Positions 50,879-63,355 of a stretch of DNA of 64,000 nucleotides are shown one piece after another (positions within the stretch are counted from its first letter, which is position 1; every line of letters begins with the position of its first letter). The notes under the pieces were generated by a model. The model was not told where the DNA came from, ran no database searches, and saw only the letters and a program-made list of their open reading frames with translations. Made by a program: the position numbers and the translations under genes. The stretch is from Octopus vulgaris (lineage: Eukaryota): positions 192,386,001 to 192,450,000 of the forward strand of contig OX597814.1 in the NCBI GenBank assembly GCA_951406725.2, written 5' to 3'.

Positions 50879-52465
50879 TTGACTACAACAGAGTTTTATG
50901 TGATACGACTGAATAGCAAAATGTTTCTCTTTCCATTTTGTTATTACTTCCTCTCACAGAGCAGTTATATCATCATCATCATCATCGTTTAACGTCCGTT
51001 TTCCATGCTAGCATGAGTTGGACGGTTCGACCGGGGTCTGGGAAACCAGGAGGTTGCACCAGGCTGCAGTCTGATCTGGCAGTGTTTCTACAGCTGGATG
51101 CCCTTCTTAACGCCAACCATTCCGTGAGTGTAGTGGGTGCTCATTACGTGCCACTGGCACAGGTGCCAGGGTAAGCTGGCAACGGCCACGACAGGATAAA
51201 TACATAATGCACAAATATGCTGAATAAAAGTTGAACAAATCTTTCTACTAGACATTTCAATTCCTGATTTTATATATTTGGTCTGGCCAATAAAGTCAAA
51301 CCCAAGACTGGGTATGACTTTAAACTGCTCAGTCCTCATGGGTATAACTTCCAGCTGAATCCAGTACTTGGGCTCTGGTTCAGGAGTTTCAGTGTTTGGA
51401 GGAATGTGGAATCACCTGTTTGGATTAACAGACAAGCTGTCAACAACCAGGGTCAACTGTCCCAGTTATAAAACTATTGCTATCATCTCCATGATGTGTG
51501 CAGATGAAATATTTCAGCTTGTGAAAAACCAAAGTGACTAGAAGCCAGGCCAGACATTCTTGCCTCATTGCTAGGCCAGGACAGCTGATATGGATGAGTT
51601 GCATTGGTGTGAGCAAGTTATCTGACCAGACAATGATGAGTAAAGTCATAGCATGACATTAGAATGGTCACAGGCAAACTGGACATCAAAGAAAAATTAC
51701 CTTGAATTTCTTTAGTAGTGCAGCCCACCTGGTGACAAGTCATGTACCAAGCAACCTGCTTCTCAAAAAAGGTAGCCAATCCATGAGGGTATGCCTGTAA
51801 AGCCTAGTTTATTGAGGATTTTGCTAAGCTAGTCAGCTTGTAAGACCTGTATCACCAAATTTTCGGTTCCAGAGATAGTTCTGAAAAATGTTATTGATTT
51901 TGGGGACATATCTTTAAAGGTAAAATAACTTTCATACTAAAAATACTAAAATACTGAAATCATAAATTTGTGTCTATCTTTTTAATGTTTGTTAGAAAGG
52001 AAAACATTTTGATTAATACCGCCTGACTGGCCCTCATGCCGGTGGCACATAAAAACACCCACTATACTCTCGGAGTGGTTGGTGTTAGGAAGGGCATCCA
52101 GCTGTGGAAACTCTGCCAGATCAGACTGGAGCCTGGCACAGCCATCTGTTTTGCCAGTCCTCAGTCAAATCGTCCAATCCATGCTAGCATGGAAAACGGA
52201 CGTTAAATGATGATGATGATGATGATGAGTGACACACCTAATTACTGTTACTTCTTTATTAAATTACCGTTTTCCATGCTGGCATGGGTTGGACAGTTCA
52301 ACAGGAGTTGGCAAGCAAGAGGACTGCACCACACTCTAATGTCTGCTTTAGTAAAATCCCCACAGTCGGTGTCCTTTGTGATAATGACGATGTCTATTAG
52401 GTGTCCACTTCTCTATGTAAGAGCATATGACAAGGGTATACTGGAACTGAATGGAGTCTGTAGAG

Positions 52466-52644
52466 CAGTGGTTTTCAACCAGGGTTCCGCAAGAAGTTAC
52501 AAAACTGCTAAAATCAGCAGTAATTTTTAATTCTCCTGTGCAGATATGTGTGCATAAGACTATTAAATTATTGCACAGGGGTTCCTCGAGCCAGTGGAAT
52601 GTTTCCTTGGGGTTCCGCTCCAGCAAAAAGTTTGGAAAGCACTG
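52466..52644. mobile_element. hAT (Charlie-like) MITE
   Basis: TIRs cagtggttttcaac / tttggaaagcactg with exact 8-bp TSD ctgtagag (52458-52465, 52645-52652). Confidence 0.85.
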
Positions 52645-52823
52645 CTGTAGAGACACAACAACCACAACAGTACACTTCTTGATCTTACGCTCTAATTAGC
52701 TTTGATTGCCATCCAAAACGAACGTCACAGTGATTGTATGTTTTCAGACACATAACAGATGCAAACTACCGCAGAGAGAAGTAAACCAGAACAAATGAAA
52801 CAATAAGGAAGAAATTATGTTAC

Positions 52824-52875
52824 CTTTTTTCTCAAATTTTGTGAATCCAATACCATTTTCATTTACATGAAGCAT
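52824..52875 (-). CDS. ENKD1: ENKD1 probable first coding exon
   Basis: MLHVNENGIGFTKFEKK then G|gtaaca; phase 1 matches the next exon; in-frame TGA upstream of the ATG; acceptor ttctag| at 52921 implies an upstream non-coding exon. Spliced CDS is 810 nt (269 aa). Confidence 0.65.
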
Positions 52876-53115
52876 AATGTATGCAAAACTGTGTCAGTTC
52901 TCGTTTGATGCTTGTATATTTCTAGAATAGAAACACTGATAAAGTTAATTTAGCCATCGCTTTCATAATTAACTCGTTATTGATTTTTTATTAATTAGCC
53001 AACATACTGTTAGGAAAAGAGGAATGTCTAGAATAATGGATGGTCAGTGGCTTCAGTAAACAAAGCCAGTCCGCACAATAAATGTGTGAATGTATAACTT
53101 CCAAGTTGAAGCAAA

Positions 53116-54200
53116 AGATAAGAGAGATGGTGAGTAGAGGTAAGAGAGACGGTGAGTAGAGGTAAGAGAGACAGTGAGTGAGGTAAGAGAGACAGTGAGT
53201 AGAGGTAAGAGAGACGGTGAGTAGAGGTAAGAGAGACGGTGAGTAGAGGTAAGAGAGACGGTGAATAGAGGTAAGAGAGACGGTGAGTAGAGGTAAGAGA
53301 GACGGTGAGTAGAGGTAAGAGAGACGGTGAGTAGAGGTAAGAGAGATGATGAGTAGAGGTAAGAGACACAGTGAGTAGAGGTAAGAGACACAGTGAGTAG
53401 AGGTAAGAGACACAGTGAGTAGAGGTAAGAGAGATGATGAGTAGAGGTAAGAGACACAGTGAGTAGAGATAAGAGAGATGGTGAGTAGAGGTAAGAGAGA
53501 TGGTGAGTAGAGGTAAGAGAGGTGGTGAGTAGAGGTAAGAGAGATGGTGAGTAGAGGTAAGAGAGATGGTGAGTAGAGGTAAGAGAGGTGATGGGTAGAG
53601 GTAAGAGAGGAGATGAGTTGAGGTAAGAGAGACAGTGAGTAGAGGTAAGAGAGATGGTGAGTAGAGGTAAGAGAGGTGATGAGTAGAGGTAAGAGAGACG
53701 GTGACTAGAGGTAAGAGAGACGGTGACTAGAGGTAAGAGAGATGGTGAGTAGAGGTAAGAGAGATGGTAACTAGAGGTAAGAGAGGTGATGAGTAGAGGT
53801 GAGAGAGGTGATGAGTTGAGGTGAGAGAGATGATGAGTAGAGGTAAGAGAGACGGTGAGTAGAAGACAGACGGTGAGTAGAGGTAAGAGAGACGGTGAGT
53901 AGAGGTAAGAGACGGTGAATAGAGGTAAGAGAGATGGTGAGTAGAGGTAAGAGAGATGGTGAGTAGAAGTAAGAGAGATGGTGAGGAGAGGTAAGAGAGA
54001 CGGTGACTAGAGGTAAGAGAGACGGTGAGTAGAGGTAAGAGAGATGGTGAGTAGAGGTAAGAGAGATGGTGAGTAGAGGTAAGAGAGATGATGAGTAGAG
54101 GTAAGAGAGACGGTGAGTAGAGGCAAGAAAGACAGTGAGTAAAGGTAAGAGAGATGGTAACTAGAGGTAAGAGAGATGGCAAGTAGAGGTAAGAGAGATG
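53116..54200. repeat. 22-bp minisatellite (gagtagaggtaagagagaYggt), about 49 units
   Basis: Directly visible tandem array; strongly purine-rich on the plus strand. Confidence 0.95.
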
Positions 54201-54626
54201 ATATTGTGGTTCACCTATTGCGCACTCAGTACACTGTGGATTTCTTTGGCTAATATATGTAAATTTATATTGTGGACTCCTCAGTATATCAGGGTTTCTG
54301 TGGCTAAAGGTATTTATATTTTTTTAGATTTTTATTATTTCTGTGGGAGGTTTTGGAACGTAACAACCGTGATAGTCAAGGGATTGCTGGATATGTTATG
54401 TATTTATTAGATAATAAAACGTATGGTAAATACCTGGTAGCTTACTAGTAAACCATGTTCACTTTCACAGTGCTCGTTGTGTATTTGGTCAGTGAGGGAA
54501 GATAGAAGATACAAGAATTTTTATTATTATTGATTTTCTGTGTAAATGAAGTTATATCCTATAATTTGCTGCTTTTCTTTACACGAACTGAGAAGATACT
54601 GTGCGGAACTGTCATTGCTTTAGTGA

Positions 54627-54826
54627 GTTACTCTTTTACTTGTTTCAGTCATTTGACTGTGGCCATGCTGGAGCACCGCCTTTTAGTCGAGCAAATCGAC
54701 TCCCAAGACTTATTCTTTGTAAGCCTAGTACTTATTCTATCGGTCTCTTTTGCCAAACCGCTAAGTTACCAGGACACAAACACACTAGCATCAGTTGTCA
54801 AGCAATGTTGGGAGGACAAACACATG

Positions 54827-54876
<50 letters not shown>

Positions 54877-55021
54877 ATATACATATATACAACGGGCTTC
54901 TTCAGTTTCCGTCAATCAAATCCACTCACAAGGCTTTAGTCGGCCCGAGGCTATAGTAGAAGACATTATGCAGTGGGACGGAACTCGGAGGTATGTGGTT
55001 CGTAAGCAAGCTACTTACCAC
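54627..55021 (-). mobile_element. SINE family A, head truncated
   Basis: Family A sequence stops at ...agcaagctacttaccac and runs into unique sequence. Confidence 0.8.
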
Positions 55022-58000
55022 CCAAAGAGACACATCTTCACCGACAGACACTCCTAAACCAGTTGCTAAGTATCCCATCCACGAGGAATCGAAACGATTG
55101 TAGTGACTGATAAAAATTCTTGTATCTTCCATCTCTCTCATTAACCCAATACACACACACAATATTATGATAATAACTAACAGAAAACCGGTTGCAGAAA
55201 GTAGTGTTACTTCTGGTGTAAATAATTTAAATTACGAAAACTTATTTAGTACTTATTTCTGTATTCAATAAATCAAACATAATTATAAGACTTCCTATTT
55301 AAAACTTCAGTTTGTGTGCCGTATTTCTTTTTTATTTCCCCACAGCCTAAATATTTTATATATTTTGCAGCACAACGTATGAGGACTAATTCTATAGGCT
55401 CGTATTTTTATATTTTCTCAAGTCTAAAAAAGAACATACTCCCTTCTTTTCTAAACATGTCCATGCAAGAAATAGTTCGTATGCATGTTAGGATTGTTTG
55501 AGAATGTCTCTGCAGGTTTGAGTGTGAGTTATGAAGAGTTTGTCTTTGTTTTAAAAAAAATACAAGCATATAAAAATGTTATGCTGAAAACAAAACAAAA
55601 CGAAATAAAAATCCATCAAACAGTATTATCTGAAATGTTATGATACATAAAACTTTATATGCCATCATATAAAGGTATTTTAAGTTCAAAGATGGGTTTA
55701 AGTGCCAGTTCTTTAATAACCACAGTTCTAAGGGAGCGTATGAACAAACTTCCAGTTGGGTATCACAAACAACATTTCCTTATGATATGATACCATTCTG
55801 GAGCAACGGTAATACAGAATCAAAGGTTCTGTCGAAAAACGCAATGTAACGTCTACAGCAGATATGAACTCCGGTTCTAAACCAACAGGTGGTCAAACAT
55901 AACAATCTTTGGCCAGCTTGCTTCTGAGGTCCTTTAGGTTGGTTTATTTTCTGGGTTTATTATTGTCTTGTCAACATGGGCCACACTAATCTCCTTGAAG
56001 TCCATTGAAAGCTCTCAGAAGGCACATCCTTAGTTTATTTTTCAATTTGTTTATTCTATTTTCTTTTTCTTTGGATAAAAGATTTTATAATAAAATAATA
56101 TAGAAAGACAAAAGATAACGCCGTTAGTTGGAGAGGCTGAAATATTGTAATTGAATAAATTAAGGGAAATTAAGAGAGAATGTTTGAACGAATGATAATA
56201 ATACAGCAAGCGGGGAGAAAAATTGGTAAATTTATTCATTCATTTTGTAGAATCTAAATCTTAAGTTCGAAACATAAAAATTAAGAAGACTGTTTTAAAG
56301 AAAATAGTTGGGGTGGAAATCCATGCTTTCAACGGATAAGGGCCAGAAAATATGGTCAATTGATTGAACCTCTTCCTTAGTATTTTTTTTTATCGACTCC
56401 TTAGGTGATCAAAGTCCAACCCTGTTAACATTCGATTTGATAACACAAACTATCACAGCAGACTCTCTCTCTCTCTCTCTCTCTCTCTATGCTTCCACAC
56501 ATGTATTGATTTATTTTTGCTTAAGCAAACGGACTTAATGGGAATGGCTGTATTTAACTTGAGTGAACCCCAGTATAATTCTGATATTTGTTGTAACAGT
56601 TGCAGACAAAATGCAAAGTCGACTCTGCCAGAATTTAGCCCCAGATCTGTGAAGCACAAAACTTTGATGCTGCTAAGAACCTACAAAGTACAACGCAAAT
56701 GCGCCAAATTTTCATATAATCTAACTGATTCTAAAAGATCGCTAAGATGATATACTCAATGAAAGAAAGATAGGTAACAAGCATAACATGTTGAGATAAA
56801 AACATTTAAAAGAATTCAGTACTTAGTCTCTGGTGTGAGTGTCTTGTTCTGAGTCACAACTTCTTTTACTTTATTTCTTAATATTTCCCTTTTTCTTTTT
56901 TCGTCTCAGCTAAGGCACATCCCACCGACAGATGCGAAAGACATGTTGTTATGGCAGTGTTGTCACGATACGAACTTAATAAAACTTTTTCCGGTGTAAC
57001 GGATTCATTTTTTTTAAAAAGTAGTATAACAATTTTTACAATATTTAAACTACTATATGTATTTTCGTGTTTCGGTTTGAAAGTATATATTTTACTTTAA
57101 GAAATTATTTATGTTTCATAACTTTGATCTAATCATTATTATTTTCTTGTACTTTTTTCCGTTGTTATAGAAACCGACTGCGGGATGGCCTGTAAACAGG
57201 TAATTCTGCCCAATTAATATTAATTGCTCTTAGGATGTTATCGAGCTATCGGTTATATCTGGTATAGCTAATAACTTCTTTTCATTGCTATTTTGAATAT
57301 CAGTGAGTATTAATTTTGCTCTGATTATTTGTTTCCATTTCATACACAGACAAATGTTATATGTTTTGTTAAAAGCACTCAGTTAAAATGGAATAGTTTT
57401 ATTTATTTATTTATCCGCAGCTGATGTTACTCTCTACCGTCTCTCAGAGTTTTTCTCTTTGCCTACGATCTTTTTGGGCCCTTAGAATCGATCGCACGAT
57501 AGCCACAGAATGAATCATCGACCTCCGATGAATACACACGCACGCGCGCGCACACAGACACAGACACACACGAAGGTTTGGGTGTAACAAATAGAGCAGA
57601 GTTATCAATACATGTAGCAAGGTTTCATCATCATCATCATCATCGTTTAACGTCCGCTTTCCATGCTAGCATGGGTTGGACGGTTCGACCGGGGTCTGGG
57701 AAGCCAGAAGGCTACACCAGGCTCCAGTCTGATCTGGCAGTGTTTCTACAGCTGGATGCCCTTCCTAACGCCAACCACTCCGTGAGTGTAGTGGCTTCTT
57801 TTTATGTGCCAGGCGTGGCTGGCAATGGCCACGATCGGTTGGTGCTTTTTACGTGCCACTGGCACGGAAACCAGTGAAGGTGGTGCTGGTATCGGCCACG
57901 TTCAGATGGTTCTTTTTACATGCCACCGGCACAGGTATCACAACTACAATTTCCATTTGATTTTTTTATGTTGATGGACTTGACTCAATAAGTCTCCTCA

Positions 58001-58222
58001 AGGGTCGAAACAGTGTTTCTTTACATGCCACCTTGCACTAGAGTTAGTCCAGCAGCACTGGCAACGACCTTGCTCGAATGTTTTGTTCACGTGCCAGTAA
58101 GGCGACGCTGGTAACGTTCATTCTCAAAAGGTGCTTATTTCTGAAATTGTTTTGCAAGATTCCTGAAATCGTGGTGTGATACTGATACATTTTGGGACAG
58201 TCACTTTTTTCTTGCCAAATAA

Positions 58223-58287
<65 letters not shown>

Positions 58288-58294
<7 letters not shown>

Positions 58295-58778
58295 GTTCTT
58301 CACTTATTTATTATTGTTCGTATTTTATGTCCATTGTCTGGAAGTCTTTCGTCACACACCTGTGACCTCTTCAGCGACTCTCCATCCCACGTGTCTTCTC
58401 CTGTTCTGTTTAGTCCATTCTGTCTTCCTATGATGTGTTATTTATCTGCACAAGCATTTGCGCACGTGCGAGCGTGTATGTATCGCTATGTGTTTTGTAT
58501 GTGTTGTTTTGTGTATATGTATGGGTTTGCTTACCATACTGTTTGTTTCCATGTCTTTATTTATTTATTTATTTATTTATCTCTCTATTTTTACCCCCCC
58601 CCCCCGTTTCATCTTAGGCATGTGTATGCATGTCGTTAGTGTGCGTCTATATAGGTTTATGTATTATGTTGTTTGTATCTGTCTAATCTCCCCCACTTCA
58701 TTCTGTCTTTAGTTGTCATGTTCCAGACAATGGACATAAAATAAGGACGATAATAAACAAGTGAAGAACAAATATATA
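58288..58778. mobile_element. Fold-back element with ~55-bp terminal inverted repeats and a hammerhead-like core
   Basis: tattcgttcttcacttatttattattgttcgtattttatgtccattgtctggaa / ttccagacaatggacataaaataaggacgataataaacaagtgaagaacaaata; the minus strand at 58336-58378 reads CTGAAGA-g-gtcaca(ggtg)tgtgac-GAAA. Confidence 0.6.
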
Positions 58779-59572
58779 CTGCACTGTAGGCGCAGGAGTG
58801 GCTGTGTGGTAAGTAGTTTGCTTACCAACCACATGGTTCCGGGTTCAGTCCCACTGCGTGGCACCTTGGGCAAGTGTCTTCTACTATAGCCTCGGGCCGA
58901 CCAAAGCCTTGTGAGTGGATTTAGTAGACTGAAACTGAAGGAAGCACATCGTATATGTGTGTGTGTATATAAATATATATATGTGTGTGTATGTTTGCGT
59001 GTCTGTGTTTGTCTCCCTAACATCGCTTGACAACCGATGGTGGTGTGTTTACGTCCCCGTAACTTAGCGGTTCAGCAAAAGACACCAATTATTAATTGGA
59101 GGAGATAGTGTTAGTTGAAGGCTGCCAAACCTGCCATACACAGACAACTTCAGCTTTATATATAGAGAGATTATTATTACAGAATTGTAGGGAGGTGGGT
59201 AAATGAATCTTATTGCAGATATCATAAACATATCCCATGAATCTCTCCAACTAATCTTAAATGAACTGCAGCTTCTTTTTGTTGTTTTTTTGTTGTTTTT
59301 TTTCAGTTTCCTCATGTAATTTATTTTTATTGACATAATTGTTGGTTGTTTAAAAAAATGAATGTTTCACACATTGGCAATTTCACTTGTTTACTTTTCA
59401 GTTATTAAGATGTTCATCTCTCAAAGATAAAAAAAAATTTATATCCATTCAGTATGGATTGCAAATTAAATCAAATCTCTATGATAATTTTTCAGTCACT
59501 AGAGCATCCAAGCCGTCAATAATGATGGTAGATGTTTTACTAAGCTTTTTAAAATTTACAACATTTTGGTCT

Positions 59573-59710
59573 GTCATCATCATCATCGTCATCATCGTCG
59601 TTGTCATCATCATCATTGTCATCATCGTCGTCGTCATCATCGTCGCCATCTTCGTCATCATCATTGTCATCATCGTCATCGTTATCATTGTAATCATCAT
59701 CATCATTGTT
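59573..59710. repeat. (ATC/GTC)n trinucleotide repeat
   Basis: Directly visible; source of the poly-I/V and poly-M/T pseudo-ORFs. Confidence 0.9.
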
Positions 59711-60174
59711 GTGGAGGTGCATGGCTTAATGGTTAGAGTGTTGGACTCATGGTCATAGGATTGTGGTTTCGATTCCTGGACCGGGTGACACATTGTGTTC
59801 TTGGGCAAAACACTTCGTTTCACGTTACTCTAGTCCACTCAGCTGGCAAAAATGAGTAACCCTGCCACTGACCAGTGTCCCATCCAGATGGGGAATTTTT
59901 TGCCATGGAAACCAAGAAAGCAGCCCTATGAGTCTATATGACTTGGGAAGGAACTTAAAGCTTTAAAAAATGTTCATGCTCCATGCTGGTATGGGTTGGA
60001 TTTTGACAAGGATCCACTGAGTCAAAGGACTGCATCATGCTTCAGTGTCTGCTTTGGCGTGGTTTCTATGGTTGGATATCCCGCCTAAAAACCAACCACT
60101 TTACAGTGTGTACTGGGCCCTTTTTACATAACACCAGTGCTTTTGAGGTGACCATGTAGCTTGCAAGTCAACTA

Positions 60175-60356
60175 GGAGTGGCTGTGTGACAAGTAGCTTG
60201 CTTACCAATCACATGGTTCTGGGTTCAGTTCCACTGGGTGGCACCTTGGGCACATGTCTTCTACTATAGTCTTGGACTGACCAAAACCTTGTGAGTGGAT
60301 TTGGTAGATGGAAACTGAAAGAAGCCCGTTGTATATATATATATATATATACATAC

Positions 60357-60426
<70 letters not shown>

Positions 60427-62186
60427 TTGTGTGTCTGTGTTTGTCCCCCCGACATCGTTTGACAACCGATGCTGGTGTGTTTACGTCCTCGTTACTTAGC
60501 GGTTTGGCAAAACCGATAGAATAAGTACTTGGCTTACAAAGAATAAGTCCTGGAGTCAATTTGTTCAACTAAAGGCAGTGCTCCAGCATGGCCACAGTCA
60601 AATGACTGAAACAAAAGAGTAAAAGAGTAAACCCACAAAGAGGAGGTGCTGCATCTGTATTATGTTAGGATGGGGGTAGAGAAAGTTGTTGTTGTAGAGG
60701 AGCTTCGTGGCTACTCACATTTAGTAGAAAGCAAGAGAATGAAGAAGAAACGTTAGCACACTGGACGAAATGCTTAGCGGTATTTCGTCTGCCATTACGT
60801 ATTGAGTTCAAATTCCGCTGAGGTTGACTTTGCCTTTCATCCTCTCGGGGTCAATTAAATAAGTACTAGTTACGCACTGGGGTTGATATTATCAACGTAA
60901 TCCCTTTGTCTGTCCTTGTTTGTCCCCTCTATGTTTAGCCCCTTGTGGGCAATAAAGAAATAAGAAAGCAAGAGAATGAATTAGAAGCATGTCCAAGGAG
61001 ATAGGCAGTGGTGCTGAGGTGTCCAGGTAACACCTCAGGTAGCAGGAGCAGTAGTAAAGGAAGTGGGGGGTATCAAGAGGGTATAAGGAAAAGGGAGAGG
61101 GAGATAGGCAATATCTGTAAAGATCGGTGAAGGATTAGCCCATATTAAGTTGTATTTGGTTTATTTACTCTTTTACTTGTTTCAGTCATTTGACTGTGGC
61201 CATGCTGGAGCAACTGAAATAAAGATTAACAAGATGCAAAATAGTGCTTGTATTTATTTAACCATTGTATTTGGTTTATTTACAGCAATAAAGGTTAACT
61301 GGATGCTTACGTATCTTTGTTATCCCTATTTATATAACCATCTTCAAAATTTCAACAAATCACAAAATTAAAAACCTGGGTTAGAATGGGTTAAGGGGTA
61401 CAATGTACATGAATTAAGGAGGCTACAGTGATGCTGGCCTCAGGGCAGTAATGATGATATCATTACCAGTTGGGCAGAGGAGAGATAATTTGGTGGTCTG
61501 GGAAGAGGATGATGGCCATTGTAACATGTGGGTGGGGAGAACAATATAAATGGGTGAAGAATAGGTGAAGGCGGTGAGTTGGCAGAAACATTAGCACACC
61601 GGGCGAAATGCGTAGCCGTATTTCGTCTGCGTTACGTTCTGAGTTCAAATTCCGCCAAGGTTGACTTTGCCTTTCATACTTTCGGGGTCGATAAATTAAG
61701 TACCAGTTACGCACTGGGGTCGGTATAATCGACTTAACCCATTTGTCTGTCCTTGTTAGCCCCTTGTGGGTAGTAAAGAAATAGGTGAAGAATGGCCAAC
61801 AAGTGAGTGAGATGGTTTTGGGCAGCAAAAGAGAAAAATGGTATTGGGATAGTGAGAAGAACTGCAGTAGTGGTAGGAGGAAGGGTGACTTGAAGGTGGA
61901 GGACTGACTGAGGTGCTCTTTCTCACTCTCTTTCTCTCTCTCTTTCATACACACACACATACACAAAATATATATATTTCTTTACTACCCACAAGGGGCT
62001 AAACAGCTAAAAACAGAGGGGACAAACAAGGACAGACAAAGGGATTAAGTTGATTACATCGACCCCAGTGCGTAACTGGTACTTAATTTATCGACTCTGA
62101 AAGGATGAAAGGCAAAGTCGACCTCAGCGGAATTTGAACTCGGAACGTAACGACAGACAAAATACGGTTATGCATTTCACCCGGCA
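60175..62186. mobile_element. SINE cluster: A (+, 60175-60630), B (+, 60745-60965; +, 61568-61785; -, 61975-62186)
   Basis: Family matches to the copies described above. Confidence 0.8.
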
Positions 62187-62199
62187 AGCACTAAAAGCA

Positions 62200-63355
62200 C
62201 AAGGGACTTAAACTCACTCAAATACCCAGGAGGCTCTCTTGAGGTAGTTGATAGTTTCTGCTATTTAGGTGACCAAATTAGTAACAGTGGTGGATGCTCT
62301 AAAAATATTGTTTCTAGAGTAGGAAAAGAATGGAGGAAGTTCAGAGAGCTCCTACCTTTGTTGGCAACAAAAGAACTCTCTCTCTGAGTGAAAGGTAGAT
62401 TGTATGATGCATGTGTGAGAATGGCTATATTACATGGTACTTACTTGTACTTGTGACGGCGTTCACCCAGGGCGGGTTGAACAGGCTACTTCTCTGGTCC
62501 TGATGGCATCACGAACTATGGCGGCCCATGCTCGTTGGTCCTGTGTGAGGTCACTGGAGATAGCAAGCCATTCGCGGTTCCATCTGCGCAGACTGACCAC
62601 CTGCAGACCTGAGAGTTCGGAGAGGTCCTCCTTTATCGTCTTCGCCCAGGTCTTCAGCTGCCCGCCCTTGCGTTTGAGCCAGCTGGGAAGTGGAGGTAGG
62701 AGGAGGACATCGCGAATCAGCTCACCCTCAGGACACCGGGCCGCATGACCGAACCACCTTAAGTGCCATTGTAGAAGCACCGAAGGGAGGGGCTGGAGAT
62801 TCAGGTGATGACGAAGACCGGTTGTAGGAACCCAATCAATGCGTCGGCAGCGAAGAATGCGGCGGTGACAGTCATTGTCGAACACCTCCAGCCTTCGCTG
62901 ATCGAGTACCCTCATAGGCCATGTTTCTCAACCATAGAGGAGGATAGTACGAACGACGGCCTGGTAGATTCGCCCTGGTAGTGAGAAATGGACTCTGACT
63001 GCAGAGGACATGCATAGATTGGAGAGGAATGAAGGTAGTATGCTCCATTGGATTTGCAACATCAGTATGAATGACCAACAAAGCACAACTGTGTTGAGAG
63101 AAAAGCTAGGCATAAGAGGGATTAAATGTGGCATGCAGGAGAGGAGATTGCATGTGATGTGTGAGTGAAGACAGCTGTATACAGAAGTGCCTGTCACTGA
63201 AAGTGGATGGTATCTGTGGAAGAGGGAGACCCAGGAAGACATGGTATGAAGTGGTGAGGACTGATCTTAAGATGTTGAGGTTCATGGAGGAAATGACAAT
63301 GGACCAAGATGTTTGGCGATATGAGGTTCTAGAGAAGACCTGCCCACATCAGTGA
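62200..63355 (+). mobile_element. Old RTE-clade LINE 3' fragment, split by a nested insertion
   Basis: LEVVDSFCYLGDQI...WRKFRELLPLL...GRLYDACVRMAILHG | SEKWTLTAEDMHRLERNEGSMLHWIC...GRGRPRKTW are typical RTE C-terminal motifs; contains stops. Confidence 0.75.
62440..62975 (-). mobile_element. Younger RTE LINE 3' end inserted into the older RTE
   Basis: GRIYQAVVRTILLYG...RRLEVFDNDCHRRILR...LRWFGHAAR...GGQLKTW; (CAAGTA)n-type tail; TGGTA duplicated at 62435-62439 and 62976-62980. Confidence 0.8.

Noticed and set aside
53116-54200. CRISPR-like array or LTSTH-repeat protein
   Set aside because: Head-to-tail 22-bp units without unique spacers, eukaryotic context, no cas genes; the ORFs are repeat translations.
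59387-59823. Hydrophobic poly-Ile/Val 'membrane protein' ORF
   Set aside because: (ATC/GTC)n trinucleotide repeat adjoining a SINE head.
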